Positions 10,601 to 20,621 are shown, counted from the first letter of the stretch. The stretch: 64,000 nt of DNA from an uncultured Pseudomonadota bacterium (GCA_937864035.1 CALMIO010000003.1:14673-78672), one strand, 5' to 3'. Numbers and translations are program-made. Notes: generated by a model from the sequence alone, not told the origin.

Positions 10601-12430
10601 TTAATTGTAAAGTCGATCAATTTCCTCTTTAAAACGTTGCTCTATTAAGTGGCGGCGAGGTTTTAAAGTTGGAGTTAACAGGTTATTTTCGATCGAAAGC
10701 TCGGAGTCGATTAAAGCGAATTTTTTTATGGTTTCAAAGCTAGCTAGTTGCTTATTTGCCTGAGCAACTTGGTTGGCAAAAGCTATTTTGATCTCTTCTA
10801 TAATTTCTGATCTTTGTTTAGTCGGTTTACTCTCGGTTGACGCTCTTGAGAGGGTTTCCGAAATTTCAAAGTAGCTTTGATCTATGATTGCTAAAGCTAC
10901 TATATAATTTCGACCTTCTCCACAAATAAAAGCGTGAGATATGCCAGCGACCCCTTTTAGTAATTGTTCAAGCTTGTCTGGCACAATCTTTTTACCTCCG
11001 GAAGTAACAATCAGCTCTTTTTTTCTGCCTGTGATTGTTAAAAATCCTTCCTGATCAATTGATCCAAGATCTCCGGTATGAAACCAACCATCTTTGTCGA
11101 AAGAGTCGGCGGTTGCTTGAGGGCGTTTGAAGTAGCCGCTAACAACGTTTGGGCCGCGAATTAAGATTTCGCTATCAGTTGCGGTGCGGCATTCAATATC
11201 GTTAGCCAGTGGAGGACCTACAGTTCCGATCTTTTTTTTGCCGATTCTATTAACATGAGTGGCGACGCAGGTTTCAGTCAATCCGTAACCTTCAAGAATT
11301 TCTATTCCTAATTTTTCGAAAAAAAGCGCGGTTTCTAAAGGTAATTTAGCGCTACCTGATATTATGTATTTAAAATTTTTACCAAAGAGAGTTTTTTTAA
11401 TTTTATTCTTTAAGGGCGCACTCCAAAACGCTCCCCGTAAAGTTTGTTTTGTTAGCCAGCCGCGAAGGCCTTTATGACTGGCAAGATGGTTTATCTTAAG
11501 ATGTATTTTTTCTAAAATTCTTGGCACTAATGGAAAGATGCTTGCTTCAGAATCTGCCATATCTTTAGCTAAAGCTGTCGGATCAAAAACGGTGCGTTTT
11601 TTATCGACTACTCTTGGAAAGGCAAGGGCGCAACCGGCAACCGCGCCGATATAACCCATTAGTCTCGCGAAAGAGTGAGCAAGTGGCAAAGCTAAAAATA
11701 TTGTGTCTTTTGTTGTAAACAGATTAGCTTCAAAAGCTTGTCTTAGATTAGCCAAGTGATTCTTTTCCGTTTGCGGCACTCCTTTGGGTGCGCCGGTAGT
11801 GCCTGAGGTGTAAACGAGCGATGCCAAAAGATCAACGTGGTTTTCTTTAAACTGGGGTGGAGTTGGGTTTGGGCATAAGTTAACGATCTCTTCAAAAGTT
11901 TTAATGTTAAGATTCTCTGCTGGCGAATCACAGTTTTCAAAGGTTATTATTTCGCTAACTGTTAGGCGCGTTTCAAAAGGGGGATTATTTTCGATTTGAG
12001 GTATTTGGATCAGGTTCTTTGTTATCTCTATAATTTTTTCAAGTTGACTCTCGTTTTCGACAACAATGAGTGACGTTTCTGAGTCATAAAGTAAGAAACC
12101 TATATCTTGCCAAGTTAAGCTTGGATATATCGCCACAACGCAGGCTCCCAAAGAGAGAATCGCCAGATCCATTTCAAGCCATTCCGGTCTTGTTCCGGAG
12201 ATAATCGCGACTTTATCTCCCCGTTTGACTCCGCGCTCTGCCAGATAGTCAGCGATATTCGCGACTCTTTTGGCGCTTTCACCAAAAGATTGTTTTTGCC
12301 ACTCCCAAACGCCGCTTGTAATCTCTTTGGGATGTTTAAAAAAAAGTCGCTCCGGATTAGCGGCGGCTATTTTGAAAAATCCCTCAGCCAGAGAGTTTAA
12401 GCTTGTAAAATATGATTTAGATAGTATCAT
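10601..12430 (-). CDS. Long-chain fatty-acid--CoA ligase (AMP-forming acyl-CoA synthetase)
   Basis: 609 aa with AMP-binding motif YTSGTTGAPKGV and the GYGLTET motif. Confidence 0.85.
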   Translation of the reverse strand: MILSKSYFTSLNSLAEGFFKIAAANPERLFFKHPKEITSGVWEWQKQSFGESAKRVANIADYLAERGVKRGDKVAIISGTRPEWLEMDLAILSLGACVVAIYPSLTWQDIGFLLYDSETSLIVVENESQLEKIIEITKNLIQIPQIENNPPFETRLTVSEIITFENCDSPAENLNIKTFEEIVNLCPNPTPPQFKENHVDLLASLVYTSGTTGAPKGVPQTEKNHLANLRQAFEANLFTTKDTIFLALPLAHSFARLMGYIGAVAGCALAFPRVVDKKRTVFDPTALAKDMADSEASIFPLVPRILEKIHLKINHLASHKGLRGWLTKQTLRGAFWSAPLKNKIKKTLFGKNFKYIISGSAKLPLETALFFEKLGIEILEGYGLTETCVATHVNRIGKKKIGTVGPPLANDIECRTATDSEILIRGPNVVSGYFKRPQATADSFDKDGWFHTGDLGSIDQEGFLTITGRKKELIVTSGGKKIVPDKLEQLLKGVAGISHAFICGEGRNYIVALAIIDQSYFEISETLSRASTESKPTKQRSEIIEEIKIAFANQVAQANKQLASFETIKKFALIDSELSIENNLLTPTLKPRRHLIEQRFKEEIDRLYN

Positions 12431-12545
12431 TGATTATCAGTGCTCTATTGAGAGGTGACAAAATTCTTACTCTTTGATAAAAAAGAGCTCTTGTCTTGTA
12501 TAATTTTAAATTTCTTAACTTAGATAAATTTTACCAATTTTTATT

Positions 12546-13949
12546 ATGTCTTTACAATCACGAGATCTAATAGTGCTTGGCGGAGGACCGGGTGGTTATG
12601 TTGCCGCTATTCGCGCCGCTCAGCTTGGTCGAAACGTAACTCTTGTTGAGCGGGAAGCGCTTGGCGGAGTTTGTTTAAATTGGGGATGCATCCCCTCTAA
12701 AGCTCTTCTGAAGTCGGCAGAAGTTTTCGCTAAAATACAGGAGGCAGCTGAGTTTGGGATAGAGGTTAGCAAGCCAAAAGCTGATTTTGTGAAAATTATT
12801 GATCGTTCGCGCGACGTTGCCAACAAGATCTCTGGCGGTGTCAGCTATCTTATGCGCAAAAACAAGATAGAGGTTGTCTTAGGGGAGGGAAGGTTAAAAA
12901 AGGGAAATTTATTAACCGTCAAGGATCGAGCAGGCAAAGAGCAGAGTTACAGCTATAAAGATATTATTATCGCGACAGGCGCGCGTGCGCGCGCTTTGCC
13001 CGGATTTGAAGTTGATGGGGAAAGTGTTCATAATTATCGGACAGCGTTAGCGTGTCGCAAACAGCCTAAAAAGCTCTTGATCATTGGCGCTGGTGCGATC
13101 GGAATGGAGTTTGGTTATTTTTATTCGGCGCTTGGGAGTCAGGTAACGATCGTTGAGATGCTCGATCAGGTTTTGCCGATCGAAGACAGCGAGGTTGGAG
13201 TTGCTTTGCAAAAAAATTTCGAGAAAAAGGGAGTGACCATTAAGCTTGGTTCTGCTGTTGGTGATCTGAAGCGAGAAACTCGCGGTGGTTTGAGTGTTCT
13301 TTTAAAAGCAAAAAGCGGCGGCGAGGAGCGTTGGAGTGGAGACATGTTGTTGGTCGCGATTGGTTTTGTTCCAAATACCGAAAATTTAGGTTTAGAAGAT
13401 GTTGGCATCGCCACAGATCGCGGGTTTATTAAGGTTGATTCATCGATGAGAACTAACGTTCCCAATCACTATGCTATTGGGGATGTTATTGGGGCGCCGA
13501 TGCTGGCGCATGTCGCTAGCCACGAAGGATTGGTGGCGGCGGAAGTTGCCGCTGGCAAGTCGCTTGCGGTGATGCATTATGACAATGTGCCCGGCTGTAC
13601 TTATTGTCAGCCACAGGTGGCATCGGTTGGATTAACGGAGAAACTTGCCAAAGAACGGGGGCTTAAGTATCGGGTTGGTAAGATTCCATTTAGCGCTATT
13701 GGTAAAGCAGTAGCGATTTCCGAGAGCGAGGGGTTTATCAAGGTTTTGATTGACGATGAGGTTGGCGAGGTTTTAGGAGTTCATATCATTCATCCTGAAG
13801 CAACTGAGTTGATCTCTGAGGCTGCTTTGATCAGATCGCATGAGGGGATAGCCGCTAGCGTGGTTGATACTATTCATCCTCATCCGACACTCTCTGAGTC
13901 GATGGCAGAAGCGATGGCGCTCGCGCTCGGCAGGCCAATCAATTTTTAA
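12546..13949 (+). CDS. lpdA: Dihydrolipoyl dehydrogenase (E3)
   Basis: 467 aa. FAD motif GGGPGGYVAAIRAAQLG, redox-active disulfide GGVCLNWGCIPSK, and a C-terminal dimerisation domain with HPHPTLSE. Confidence 0.95.
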   Translation: MSLQSRDLIVLGGGPGGYVAAIRAAQLGRNVTLVEREALGGVCLNWGCIPSKALLKSAEVFAKIQEAAEFGIEVSKPKADFVKIIDRSRDVANKISGGVSYLMRKNKIEVVLGEGRLKKGNLLTVKDRAGKEQSYSYKDIIIATGARARALPGFEVDGESVHNYRTALACRKQPKKLLIIGAGAIGMEFGYFYSALGSQVTIVEMLDQVLPIEDSEVGVALQKNFEKKGVTIKLGSAVGDLKRETRGGLSVLLKAKSGGEERWSGDMLLVAIGFVPNTENLGLEDVGIATDRGFIKVDSSMRTNVPNHYAIGDVIGAPMLAHVASHEGLVAAEVAAGKSLAVMHYDNVPGCTYCQPQVASVGLTEKLAKERGLKYRVGKIPFSAIGKAVAISESEGFIKVLIDDEVGEVLGVHIIHPEATELISEAALIRSHEGIAASVVDTIHPHPTLSESMAEAMALALGRPINF

Positions 13950-14395
13950 TTTCGGCTGGTTGGTTTTGCGGAGTTAATGTCGGGTTTTTTTGTCTAATAA
14001 AGATTTGTAATCGCTTGCGAGTTGGCTTTAGGATGTTTTTTGCAAGCATAGCGTAGCGACGATTTTTCCTAAAAGGTTTGTTCTACTAAAAAAAAGAATT
14101 TTTTTGATGGTTTTTAACTTTGTGTTTTAGCGTTTAGCAACTTGCTATGGATTCTCTTCGGACTTGTTTTTACCAGCAACTATTTTACGGTTATGCGATC
14201 AAAAATTTACTTACTTGTTAAGTAATCTTGTTGCTTAAGAATTTTTAGCGGCGACAAAAAACTACCTTTAAAAAATTTTCTCCGTGTAATTTTACTTGCT
14301 TATCGCTCCTGTTTGAATGTCATCGCTATTATTGCAAAGCCGAATGCTTCTTTATACTCCTCAAAATCTTTTTTTTCTAAATTAAGTTTGTCTAG

Positions 14396-14589
14396 TTAAC
14401 TTAAAAAATTTCTTGTTATCTGGCTTAATTCGATGATTTTTTGGGTTTCGTCGGTGATGTTTACAGATTGACCCAATTTTTCTGTATATTCTTTTAGTAG
14501 CTCTTGCGCTAAATCTGCTGGCGAATGTGGGGTAAATTAGTGTTCGCGTTCGCTTGTTGTGTTGTTTTTGGCTGTTCCTGATCGGGCAT
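14396..14589 (-). pseudogene. Small ORF or frameshifted small gene with a strong Shine-Dalgarno sequence (27-aa ORF followed by a 40-codon continuation in the +1 frame)
   Basis: Minus-strand AAGGAGG sits 8 nt upstream of ATG at 14589. The ORF (MPDQEQPKTTQQANANTNLPHIRQQI) stops at 14509. The +1 frame continues (ADLAQELLKEYTEKLGQSVNITDETQKIIELSQITRNFLS) to a stop at 14396. It lies in an 800-bp gap that is otherwise non-coding. Confidence 0.25.
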
Positions 14590-14755
14590 GAAGAAAACCT
14601 CCTTTAAAATGTTATGTAAATATAAAGCAATTTTGAAAAAGCTTTTTAGATAGTTACCACAAAATATAACAATGTTATAAAAATGTCAAGAGCTTTTGAG
14701 ATTTAGAGTAACTAAAATTTCAGCCAGTTTATAGATAGAGCTGGGCGTCGCGGGA

Positions 14756-15340
14756 TTATTTATTTAAAGGATTAAAGGTTAAAATTATTCCTTCGGGGGT
14801 CGTGTAATTTAAGATCTCAACAAAACGGCTATTGGCAAAAATATGTGAAATGCAGGGCATGCCTCTGAGTAGTTTCCGTTCAATCAGAGCCTCAAGCAAA
14901 AAACCAGCAAGCAAAACCTGATGGCGCTCCGCGCCAACCTCTTTTTCGATAAAAACATCCAGAGAAACTTTATCGTCAACCGATACTTGGTGCTCTTCTG
15001 ATAGCACTTTGACCCCTTTGTGCGAAAGCGGAATAAGTCTAGTGGCGTAGTTGACGGTGTAATTAAAGATCGCTTCTTCACTAAGAGCGATCGCCGCAGA
15101 ATAGTTTTCGCAGTGATTAATTAGGTCGGTTTTAATCTTTTCCATAAGCGGCAAACTGCCGTCAACAACGACCGCTTCGTGTGGTTCGGGAGAGACGTAA
15201 ACACCGCCGATAAATTTTGAAACACCACCGATAATAAACCGCCCCCTGAAAAAACCGAAAGGCGCGTGAGCGGCTGAACGCTTTTCGTAAAACTGCGAGT
15301 TTTTAATACGCGCCAAGGCTTTTGCTATCCCATCATCCAT
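14756..15340 (-). CDS. Hypothetical protein (194 aa), no family recognised
   Basis: Long ORF with coding-like composition, downstream of and co-oriented with the collagen-like gene. I see no recognisable motif. Confidence 0.55.
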   Translation of the reverse strand: MDDGIAKALARIKNSQFYEKRSAAHAPFGFFRGRFIIGGVSKFIGGVYVSPEPHEAVVVDGSLPLMEKIKTDLINHCENYSAAIALSEEAIFNYTVNYATRLIPLSHKGVKVLSEEHQVSVDDKVSLDVFIEKEVGAERHQVLLAGFLLEALIERKLLRGMPCISHIFANSRFVEILNYTTPEGIILTFNPLNK

Positions 15341-15556
15341 AAGCAGAAGGGTACGGTATTAGTTCTTGCGAAGACAAGCTGTAAAAGTTTTATAAAGCGT
15401 CTATTATTAAACTACCGTTTTGTTCGGCGCTCTTAAGAGAGCGCTGAAAGATATTTCAAAATCAAAAATAGCGTAAGGTCTAAAATTATCCCTGCTGTTT
15501 GCTAAGATTTTTTGACAGGTCTTAATATATAAATTTTCAAAACATTTCTTGAGGCT

Positions 15557-17071
15557 TTAGTAAGTCATTACTACTGTTGGAATCATGCCGCCACCTCCTC
15601 CCGGTGTAGGATCTCCTCCCCCTGATCCCGGAAGAGTTGCTAATGCTGTTGGTAATGGTGGAGGATCTATAGTTGGCATTGGTGTTTGTGTTCCTCCGCC
15701 ACCACCCGGTGTAGGCGTAGGTGTTCCGCAGTTTTCAGTTGTAAAGCTAGCGAATTGAGCTCCTGCAGGGACACTAAACGTGAATGTTTTTTCTCCTGAA
15801 TGATCTGTTGCTGTTGCAACAGCAACAGGTAATGCCAAGGGTATTGGCGTTCCTGATGTGTTGAAGACAACACCAGCTATGATATTATGTCCTATTACAG
15901 AAACCGTACCTCCTTGTGGTTCTATTATTTGAGTGACCAGCCCGCATGTTGTAGGTTGAGGTGGTGGTGGCGGCGGCGGGCCTCCATTGCAACTGCTTGG
16001 ACATACTCCGGGCGCTCCGGGAGGTCCTTGCGGTCCTGGGGGACCTTGCTCTCCTTGAGGTCCTGGATCGCCTTTATCACCTTTAGGTCCTTGTTGTCCG
16101 GGTGGCCCAGCAGGACCAGCCAGACCCTGTGGTCCCGGAGGACCTTGCTCTCCTTGAGGTCCTGGATCGCCCTGAGGGCCCATAGGTCCCGGATCTCCCT
16201 TATCACCTTTCGGGCCTGCTTGTCCAATTGGACCTTGCAAACCGGGTTCGCCTTGTGGACCTTGTGGCCCAATCTCACCTTGATCACCCTTTGGTCCTTG
16301 TTGTCCGGGTTCTCCTTGTGGTCCGGGTGGCCCAGCAGGACCAGCTTGGCAGTTTGTTGCTGTGCATAAACCCGGATCACCTTGATCCCCTTTAGGACCT
16401 TGTGGTCCGGCTGGTCCTGCAGGACCAGCTTGGCCCTGTGGTCCTTGCGGACCAATGGCTCCCGGTAATCCTTGGGGTCCTGCAGGACCAGGATATCCCC
16501 TTTCTCCTTGCGGTCCTTGTGGTCCTTGCTGACCCGGATCTCCTTTGTCGCCTTTATCACCCTTAGGACCTTGCGGACCCGGTATACCATTTAGATTAAG
16601 TCGTTGAATAACACCTTCTGATATCCAAAAATATCTAACGTTTTGTTCTTGTAAATATTTGATGGCTTCCGCTAAACTTTTCCCTCTTAACCCCCGCAGT
16701 AAATGGTTAAAATATTTTTTTGAGTTGTTTTGAAATTTTTTTACAGCTTCAGATAATCGAACATTGCCTCGGCTTCCAGCTGGGCATTTGCCATTTGCTA
16801 ACATAGGAGTTGCAAAATCCGTCATCAATGCTTTGCGTACATCGTTAGCAAAAACACCTTTAAAGATACCACCTCCAGTTAACACATATCTCAAACCGGC
16901 AACCGCCAAGATACATCTGGCTTCTAATTGGTTTGCTTCGTTGATAGGTAATATTTGAACAGTTTTGTTATCTTCAGCTTTGGCAGCGTGAGTTTGCTGA
17001 AAGCTAATAAAAAGTGTTAATAAAGTACCGCCAAAAGCGATTAACAAATAACGAGTAATTTTGTTTGGCAT
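15557..17071 (-). CDS. Secreted collagen-like (Gly-X-Y repeat) protein
   Basis: N-terminal signal/TM segment ([17 protein letters not shown]) and a ~130-aa N-terminal domain. About 215 aa of [11 protein letters not shown] Gly-X-Y triplets are interrupted once (LCTATNCQA). A Cys/Pro knot ([21 protein letters not shown]) follows, then a ~100-aa C-terminal domain and a P/G/T-rich tail. The DNA contains exact 32-nt (16041-16072 = 16140-16171) and 25-nt (16096-16120 = 16321-16345) direct repeats. Confidence 0.85.
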   Translation of the reverse strand: MPNKITRYLLIAFGGTLLTLFISFQQTHAAKAEDNKTVQILPINEANQLEARCILAVAGLRYVLTGGGIFKGVFANDVRKALMTDFATPMLANGKCPAGSRGNVRLSEAVKKFQNNSKKYFNHLLRGLRGKSLAEAIKYLQEQNVRYFWISEGVIQRLNLNGIPGPQGPKGDKGDKGDPGQQGPQGPQGERGYPGPAGPQGLPGAIGPQGPQGQAGPAGPAGPQGPKGDQGDPGLCTATNCQAGPAGPPGPQGEPGQQGPKGDQGEIGPQGPQGEPGLQGPIGQAGPKGDKGDPGPMGPQGDPGPQGEQGPPGPQGLAGPAGPPGQQGPKGDKGDPGPQGEQGPPGPQGPPGAPGVCPSSCNGGPPPPPPPQPTTCGLVTQIIEPQGGTVSVIGHNIIAGVVFNTSGTPIPLALPVAVATATDHSGEKTFTFSVPAGAQFASFTTENCGTPTPTPGGGGGTQTPMPTIDPPPLPTALATLPGSGGGDPTPGGGGGMIPTVVMTY

Positions 17072-17400
17072 AAACTATAATAATTGAAATTTGCGATCCA
17101 CGAGTTGCTTTTCTAACATTTTTAAATTTCGGCACACTTACGATTTTTCTGTAGGAGAAAATTGATCGCCTAAAACAACGGTTTAGGAGGAAATAATTGC
17201 ACAAAGCTATTTTTTAGTTTTTCATATTTTTTCCTTAACATCTTATGACAAGATAGCTAATTTAATTTCAGCCCAGCGCTTTTCACCAAGCCACTAGCTA
17301 AGCTTGATCCTTTCTTTTATTGACTGAGCCGCCACTAAACTGTTACAACGATACCTTCAGAACTAATTTTTTCTACTGTTAAACTGTTCAACTTTTTTTA

Positions 17401-18165
17401 ATGCGTAGACTTTTTAAAAAGCTAAACATTGTTGTTTTCTCGGTATTTTTAGGGTCATTTTGGGGTCCCTCACCGGCGTTTGCCGACCGATCTCTTCTTA
17501 AAGATTGGAATGGTGATGGTCAAGTAATTCTGCTCGCCTTTGGGGATAGTATTACCTTTGGTGTTGGGGATAAACCGAATAGTGGTGGTTATCCTACTAG
17601 GCTTGCTGAACTTTCAGGAGTGCGAGTTATCAATGGTGGCGTACCCGGAGAGGAGTTTTTGGGGGGCGGATCGCGAAGGTTAATTAATCTGATTCGTGGG
17701 ACCGAAGCTGATGTTATTTTAATAATGGAGGGCACGAATGATGCCGTGCGCCGCGCTGATAGCGGCGCTCTGCGAGCCGAATTTCAAAAAATCATCAATG
17801 CCGCCCGCTATCTAGAAAAACCGATAGCGCTATTAAAGCCTCCCTCTCCTTGTTGCGATCATAGCTCGATAATTCCATTTGTTGATAGTTATTCTGATAT
17901 TATCGGTTATCTTACTTCAATCAACGACATCAGGGTTGTTGATGTAAAACTTGCTTGGGAAACTACCTGCCAAGATCGCTTAAACTGTGAACTTTATAAT
18001 TTACCTGAAGGATTACACCCTAATTCTCGCGGTTATGATGTGATAGCGCAAACGGTTTTGGCGGCGCTCGTTGGAATTGATATTTTTGTCGCTGGCGGCG
18101 CTGCCAAGTTGGAGTCGGCTTTTAATCTTCCCGCAGGCACAATTATAGTTAAACCTAAAGAGTAA
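17401..18165 (+). CDS. Secreted SGNH/GDSL-family hydrolase (lipase/esterase)
   Basis: Signal peptide, GDSL block ILLAFGDSITFGVGD, GxND block MEGTNDA, and a C-terminal DxxH-like region. Confidence 0.8.
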   Translation: MRRLFKKLNIVVFSVFLGSFWGPSPAFADRSLLKDWNGDGQVILLAFGDSITFGVGDKPNSGGYPTRLAELSGVRVINGGVPGEEFLGGGSRRLINLIRGTEADVILIMEGTNDAVRRADSGALRAEFQKIINAARYLEKPIALLKPPSPCCDHSSIIPFVDSYSDIIGYLTSINDIRVVDVKLAWETTCQDRLNCELYNLPEGLHPNSRGYDVIAQTVLAALVGIDIFVAGGAAKLESAFNLPAGTIIVKPKE

Positions 18166-18194
18166 ATTTGCTTTGGAAATTTTTTTGTTTACGG

Positions 18195-18950
18195 ATGAAA
18201 AATTTGTCGCGAAAAAAAGTTGGTATGTTCTATAAGCTAGCTTTCTATCTTTGTTTTTTAGCTGTTTTGCAATCTCTTTTTGCTTGCGGCGGTGGTGGTG
18301 GAGAAGGAGATGGCGATGGTGGTGGCGCGCCGAACGGTGGCGGCGGCAAAGACGCGGCGATTGGCGCGAGGATTCTTCACGGCTCACTGAGCGCCCCTCC
18401 AGTTGAGCTTTATTCCAGTTTAAAATCAGGACCGCTTGGAAAAGGTCTTTTTGGGGGCAATGCTCCGCATTTTGGGTTGGCTTCGGCGCCGCAGGTTTTA
18501 TCTCTAGCTATTACAAGAGATGCGAACGCTGTTTTTGCTTCTCACACGGTTGATCTGTCAGTTCAGCCACGGATATCTTTGTTGATTTTTGGCAATAGCA
18601 AGGTTGGCGGGACGCAAACGGCGGTTTTTGAAAACATCTCCAAAATTGCTGTTCCTCAAGGGAGTGATCAAGCTAGTTTAAGTGGCATTCGGGTGGTGCA
18701 CGCTGCTTTTGGAGCCGCACGAATAACTCTTCAGGTGGCGGGCGCAGAGCAATCGCTTGGCGCCAGTTATGGAGGAGTTTCTGAGTACCTTTTGGTTCCG
18801 AGCGGTGCGACCACCATAACAGCTTTTCGGGCTAGTGATCGTTTCAAAATAGGGGAGAGATTAGTCGAGCTAGCTCCAGCTCGCAACCACACTGTGTTGG
18901 TTGGAGGTGAGGTGGATTTCTTTTCGTTCGTTAAAATGTATCCTGACTAA
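18195..18950 (+). CDS. Lipoprotein with a Gly/Asp-rich linker and a DUF4397-like beta-rich domain
   Basis: Lipobox (LQSLFAC), then CGGGGGEGDGDGGGAPNGGGGKD, then repeated R[IV]xHxx...V motifs (ARILHGSLSAPPVELY; IRVVHAAFGAARITLQV) reminiscent of DUF4397. The track ORF starts earlier (18168); the ATG at 18195 gives a clean signal peptide. Confidence 0.55.
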   Translation: MKNLSRKKVGMFYKLAFYLCFLAVLQSLFACGGGGGEGDGDGGGAPNGGGGKDAAIGARILHGSLSAPPVELYSSLKSGPLGKGLFGGNAPHFGLASAPQVLSLAITRDANAVFASHTVDLSVQPRISLLIFGNSKVGGTQTAVFENISKIAVPQGSDQASLSGIRVVHAAFGAARITLQVAGAEQSLGASYGGVSEYLLVPSGATTITAFRASDRFKIGERLVELAPARNHTVLVGGEVDFFSFVKMYPD

Positions 18951-18999
18951 AAGAGCTTGTTTATGATAGTCAGAGGTAAGTTTTTTTAAAATAGGGACG

Positions 19000-20454
19000 A
19001 TGATGGAAATTGCTCCTATATTGTTTGCTAAATCAGAAAGCCGCGATCTTTTCTTTTCACAGAAGATGGCCACCCGTCACGGGTTGATTGCTGGAGCAAC
19101 TGGAACCGGCAAAACTGTGAGTTTAAGGGTTTTAGCGGAGGGTTTTAGCCGCTCTGGTGTGCCGGTTTTTTTAGCTGATGTTAAAGGCGATCTCTCTGGT
19201 TTGGCGTGCGCTGGCGAGATTTCCGGCAAAGTTGCCGAAAGAGTCGAAACACTTGGTTTGTTGAATTTTGTCCCCGAATCTTTTCCGGTTGCCTTTTGGG
19301 ATCTTTTTGGTAAGAGGGGTCATCCACTGCGCACTACTATCTCTGAAATCGGACCGTTACTGCTTGGTCGGTTGCTTGGTTTAAATGAAACTCAATCGGC
19401 GGCGCTTTCGATTATTTTTAAGTTTGCTGATGATAATGGTTTATTGCTTTTGGATCTTAAAGATCTTAAGGCGGTTATTCAAAATTTTGCCGAAAATAGC
19501 CGAGAACTGCTGACAACTTATGGAAACATCGCTCCAGCCACTTTTGGCGCAATTATTAAAAATATCATAGCTTTTGAAAACCAAGGGGGCGAAAAATTTA
19601 TTGGGGAGCCGGCTTTGGCGATCGCTGATCTAATAAGAGTTGATGTCTTTGGCAAGGGAGTAATTAATATCTTTGATGCCTCCATAATTAACACCGCGCC
19701 TTTGGTTTATACGAGTTTTATGCTCTGGTTGTTGTCTGAACTTTTCGAGGAATTGCCGGAAGTGGGAGATCTTGCTAAACCTAAATTAGTTTTCTTTTTT
19801 GACGAGGCTCATCTTTTATTTACTGACGCTCCCAAAGAACTTATTTCTAAAGTTGAACAATTGGTTAGATTGATCCGCTCAAAAGGAGTGGGAGTTTATT
19901 TCGTGACTCAATCCCCCCTTGATATTCCAGCCGCCGTGCTTGAACAGCTTGGTAATCGTGTGCAACACGCCCTGAGAGCTTTTACTCCAAGTGGGCAAAA
20001 GATGGCGCGGGCGGCGGCTGATACTTTTAGGGCAAATAAAAATTTTTCGGTGGCGGAAGCCATCTCTGAGCTGGCGATCGGCGAAGCATTGGTTTCTTTT
20101 TTGGATGAGTTTGGAACTCCGCAAGTTGTCGAACGGGCGTTAGTAATGCCACCGTGGTCAAGGTTGGCGCCGCTAAGCGACGGCGAATTTGTGGCGGAAC
20201 TAAGAGCTTCCTCAATTTACGGCAGATATGAAAAGAGCTTAGATCGCGAATCAGCCTATGAAATTTTGGCAAATCGCCAGAAAATTAGTTATAAATCCTC
20301 TAATGATGCTGGACTTGATCGTTCTGGTGGAAGCGGAAGTTTTATAGGGGGTATGATCGCTTCGATTGGGAAAAGCGCCCTTAGAAGCTTTGCTAGCGCC
20401 ATAGGCCGAGAGATATCTCGCGGTCTTTTAGGTGGTATTCGCCGCCAAAGATAA
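19000..20454 (+). CDS. DUF853-family P-loop NTPase (HerA/FtsK-like ATPase, YjgR-type)
   Basis: Walker A (GATGTGKTVSL), Walker B (KLVFFFDEAHLLF), and a Gly-rich C-terminal tail (GGSGSFIGGMIASIGKSALRSFASAIGREISRGLLGGIRRQR) typical of DUF853 proteins. Confidence 0.8.
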   Translation: MMEIAPILFAKSESRDLFFSQKMATRHGLIAGATGTGKTVSLRVLAEGFSRSGVPVFLADVKGDLSGLACAGEISGKVAERVETLGLLNFVPESFPVAFWDLFGKRGHPLRTTISEIGPLLLGRLLGLNETQSAALSIIFKFADDNGLLLLDLKDLKAVIQNFAENSRELLTTYGNIAPATFGAIIKNIIAFENQGGEKFIGEPALAIADLIRVDVFGKGVINIFDASIINTAPLVYTSFMLWLLSELFEELPEVGDLAKPKLVFFFDEAHLLFTDAPKELISKVEQLVRLIRSKGVGVYFVTQSPLDIPAAVLEQLGNRVQHALRAFTPSGQKMARAAADTFRANKNFSVAEAISELAIGEALVSFLDEFGTPQVVERALVMPPWSRLAPLSDGEFVAELRASSIYGRYEKSLDRESAYEILANRQKISYKSSNDAGLDRSGGSGSFIGGMIASIGKSALRSFASAIGREISRGLLGGIRRQR

Positions 20455-20621
20455 CCTTTAAGACGCCTTTATGCAACTTTGTTTGTCGTAGTTTAGATGT
20501 GAGTTAAGATCTTACTGAATTTTCTCTCTCCTGAAATTACAACGACCAGTCTTGCAATAAAAATCGTAATATCATAATTATATTGATAAGCGGGCTATAT
20601 AAGTGGTTGTTTGTATAAATA

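Noticed and set aside
15887-16590. Track ORFs 15887..16369 (+, 160 aa, Arg/Ser/Trp-rich) and 15925..16590 (-, 221 aa, Lys/Asp/His-rich)
   Set aside because: These are alternative-frame or antisense readings of the GC-rich Gly-X-Y repeat DNA of the collagen-like gene. Periodic repeats keep several frames open. The Gly-X-Y frame has the signal peptide and flanking domains and is the real one.
18013-18387. 124-aa His/Arg-rich minus-strand ORF (HHHRHLLLHHHRRKQKE...)
   Set aside because: Antisense translation of the (GGT)n Gly-rich tract and the lipase 3' end. The low-complexity basic composition is an artefact of reading the poly-Gly codons on the opposite strand.
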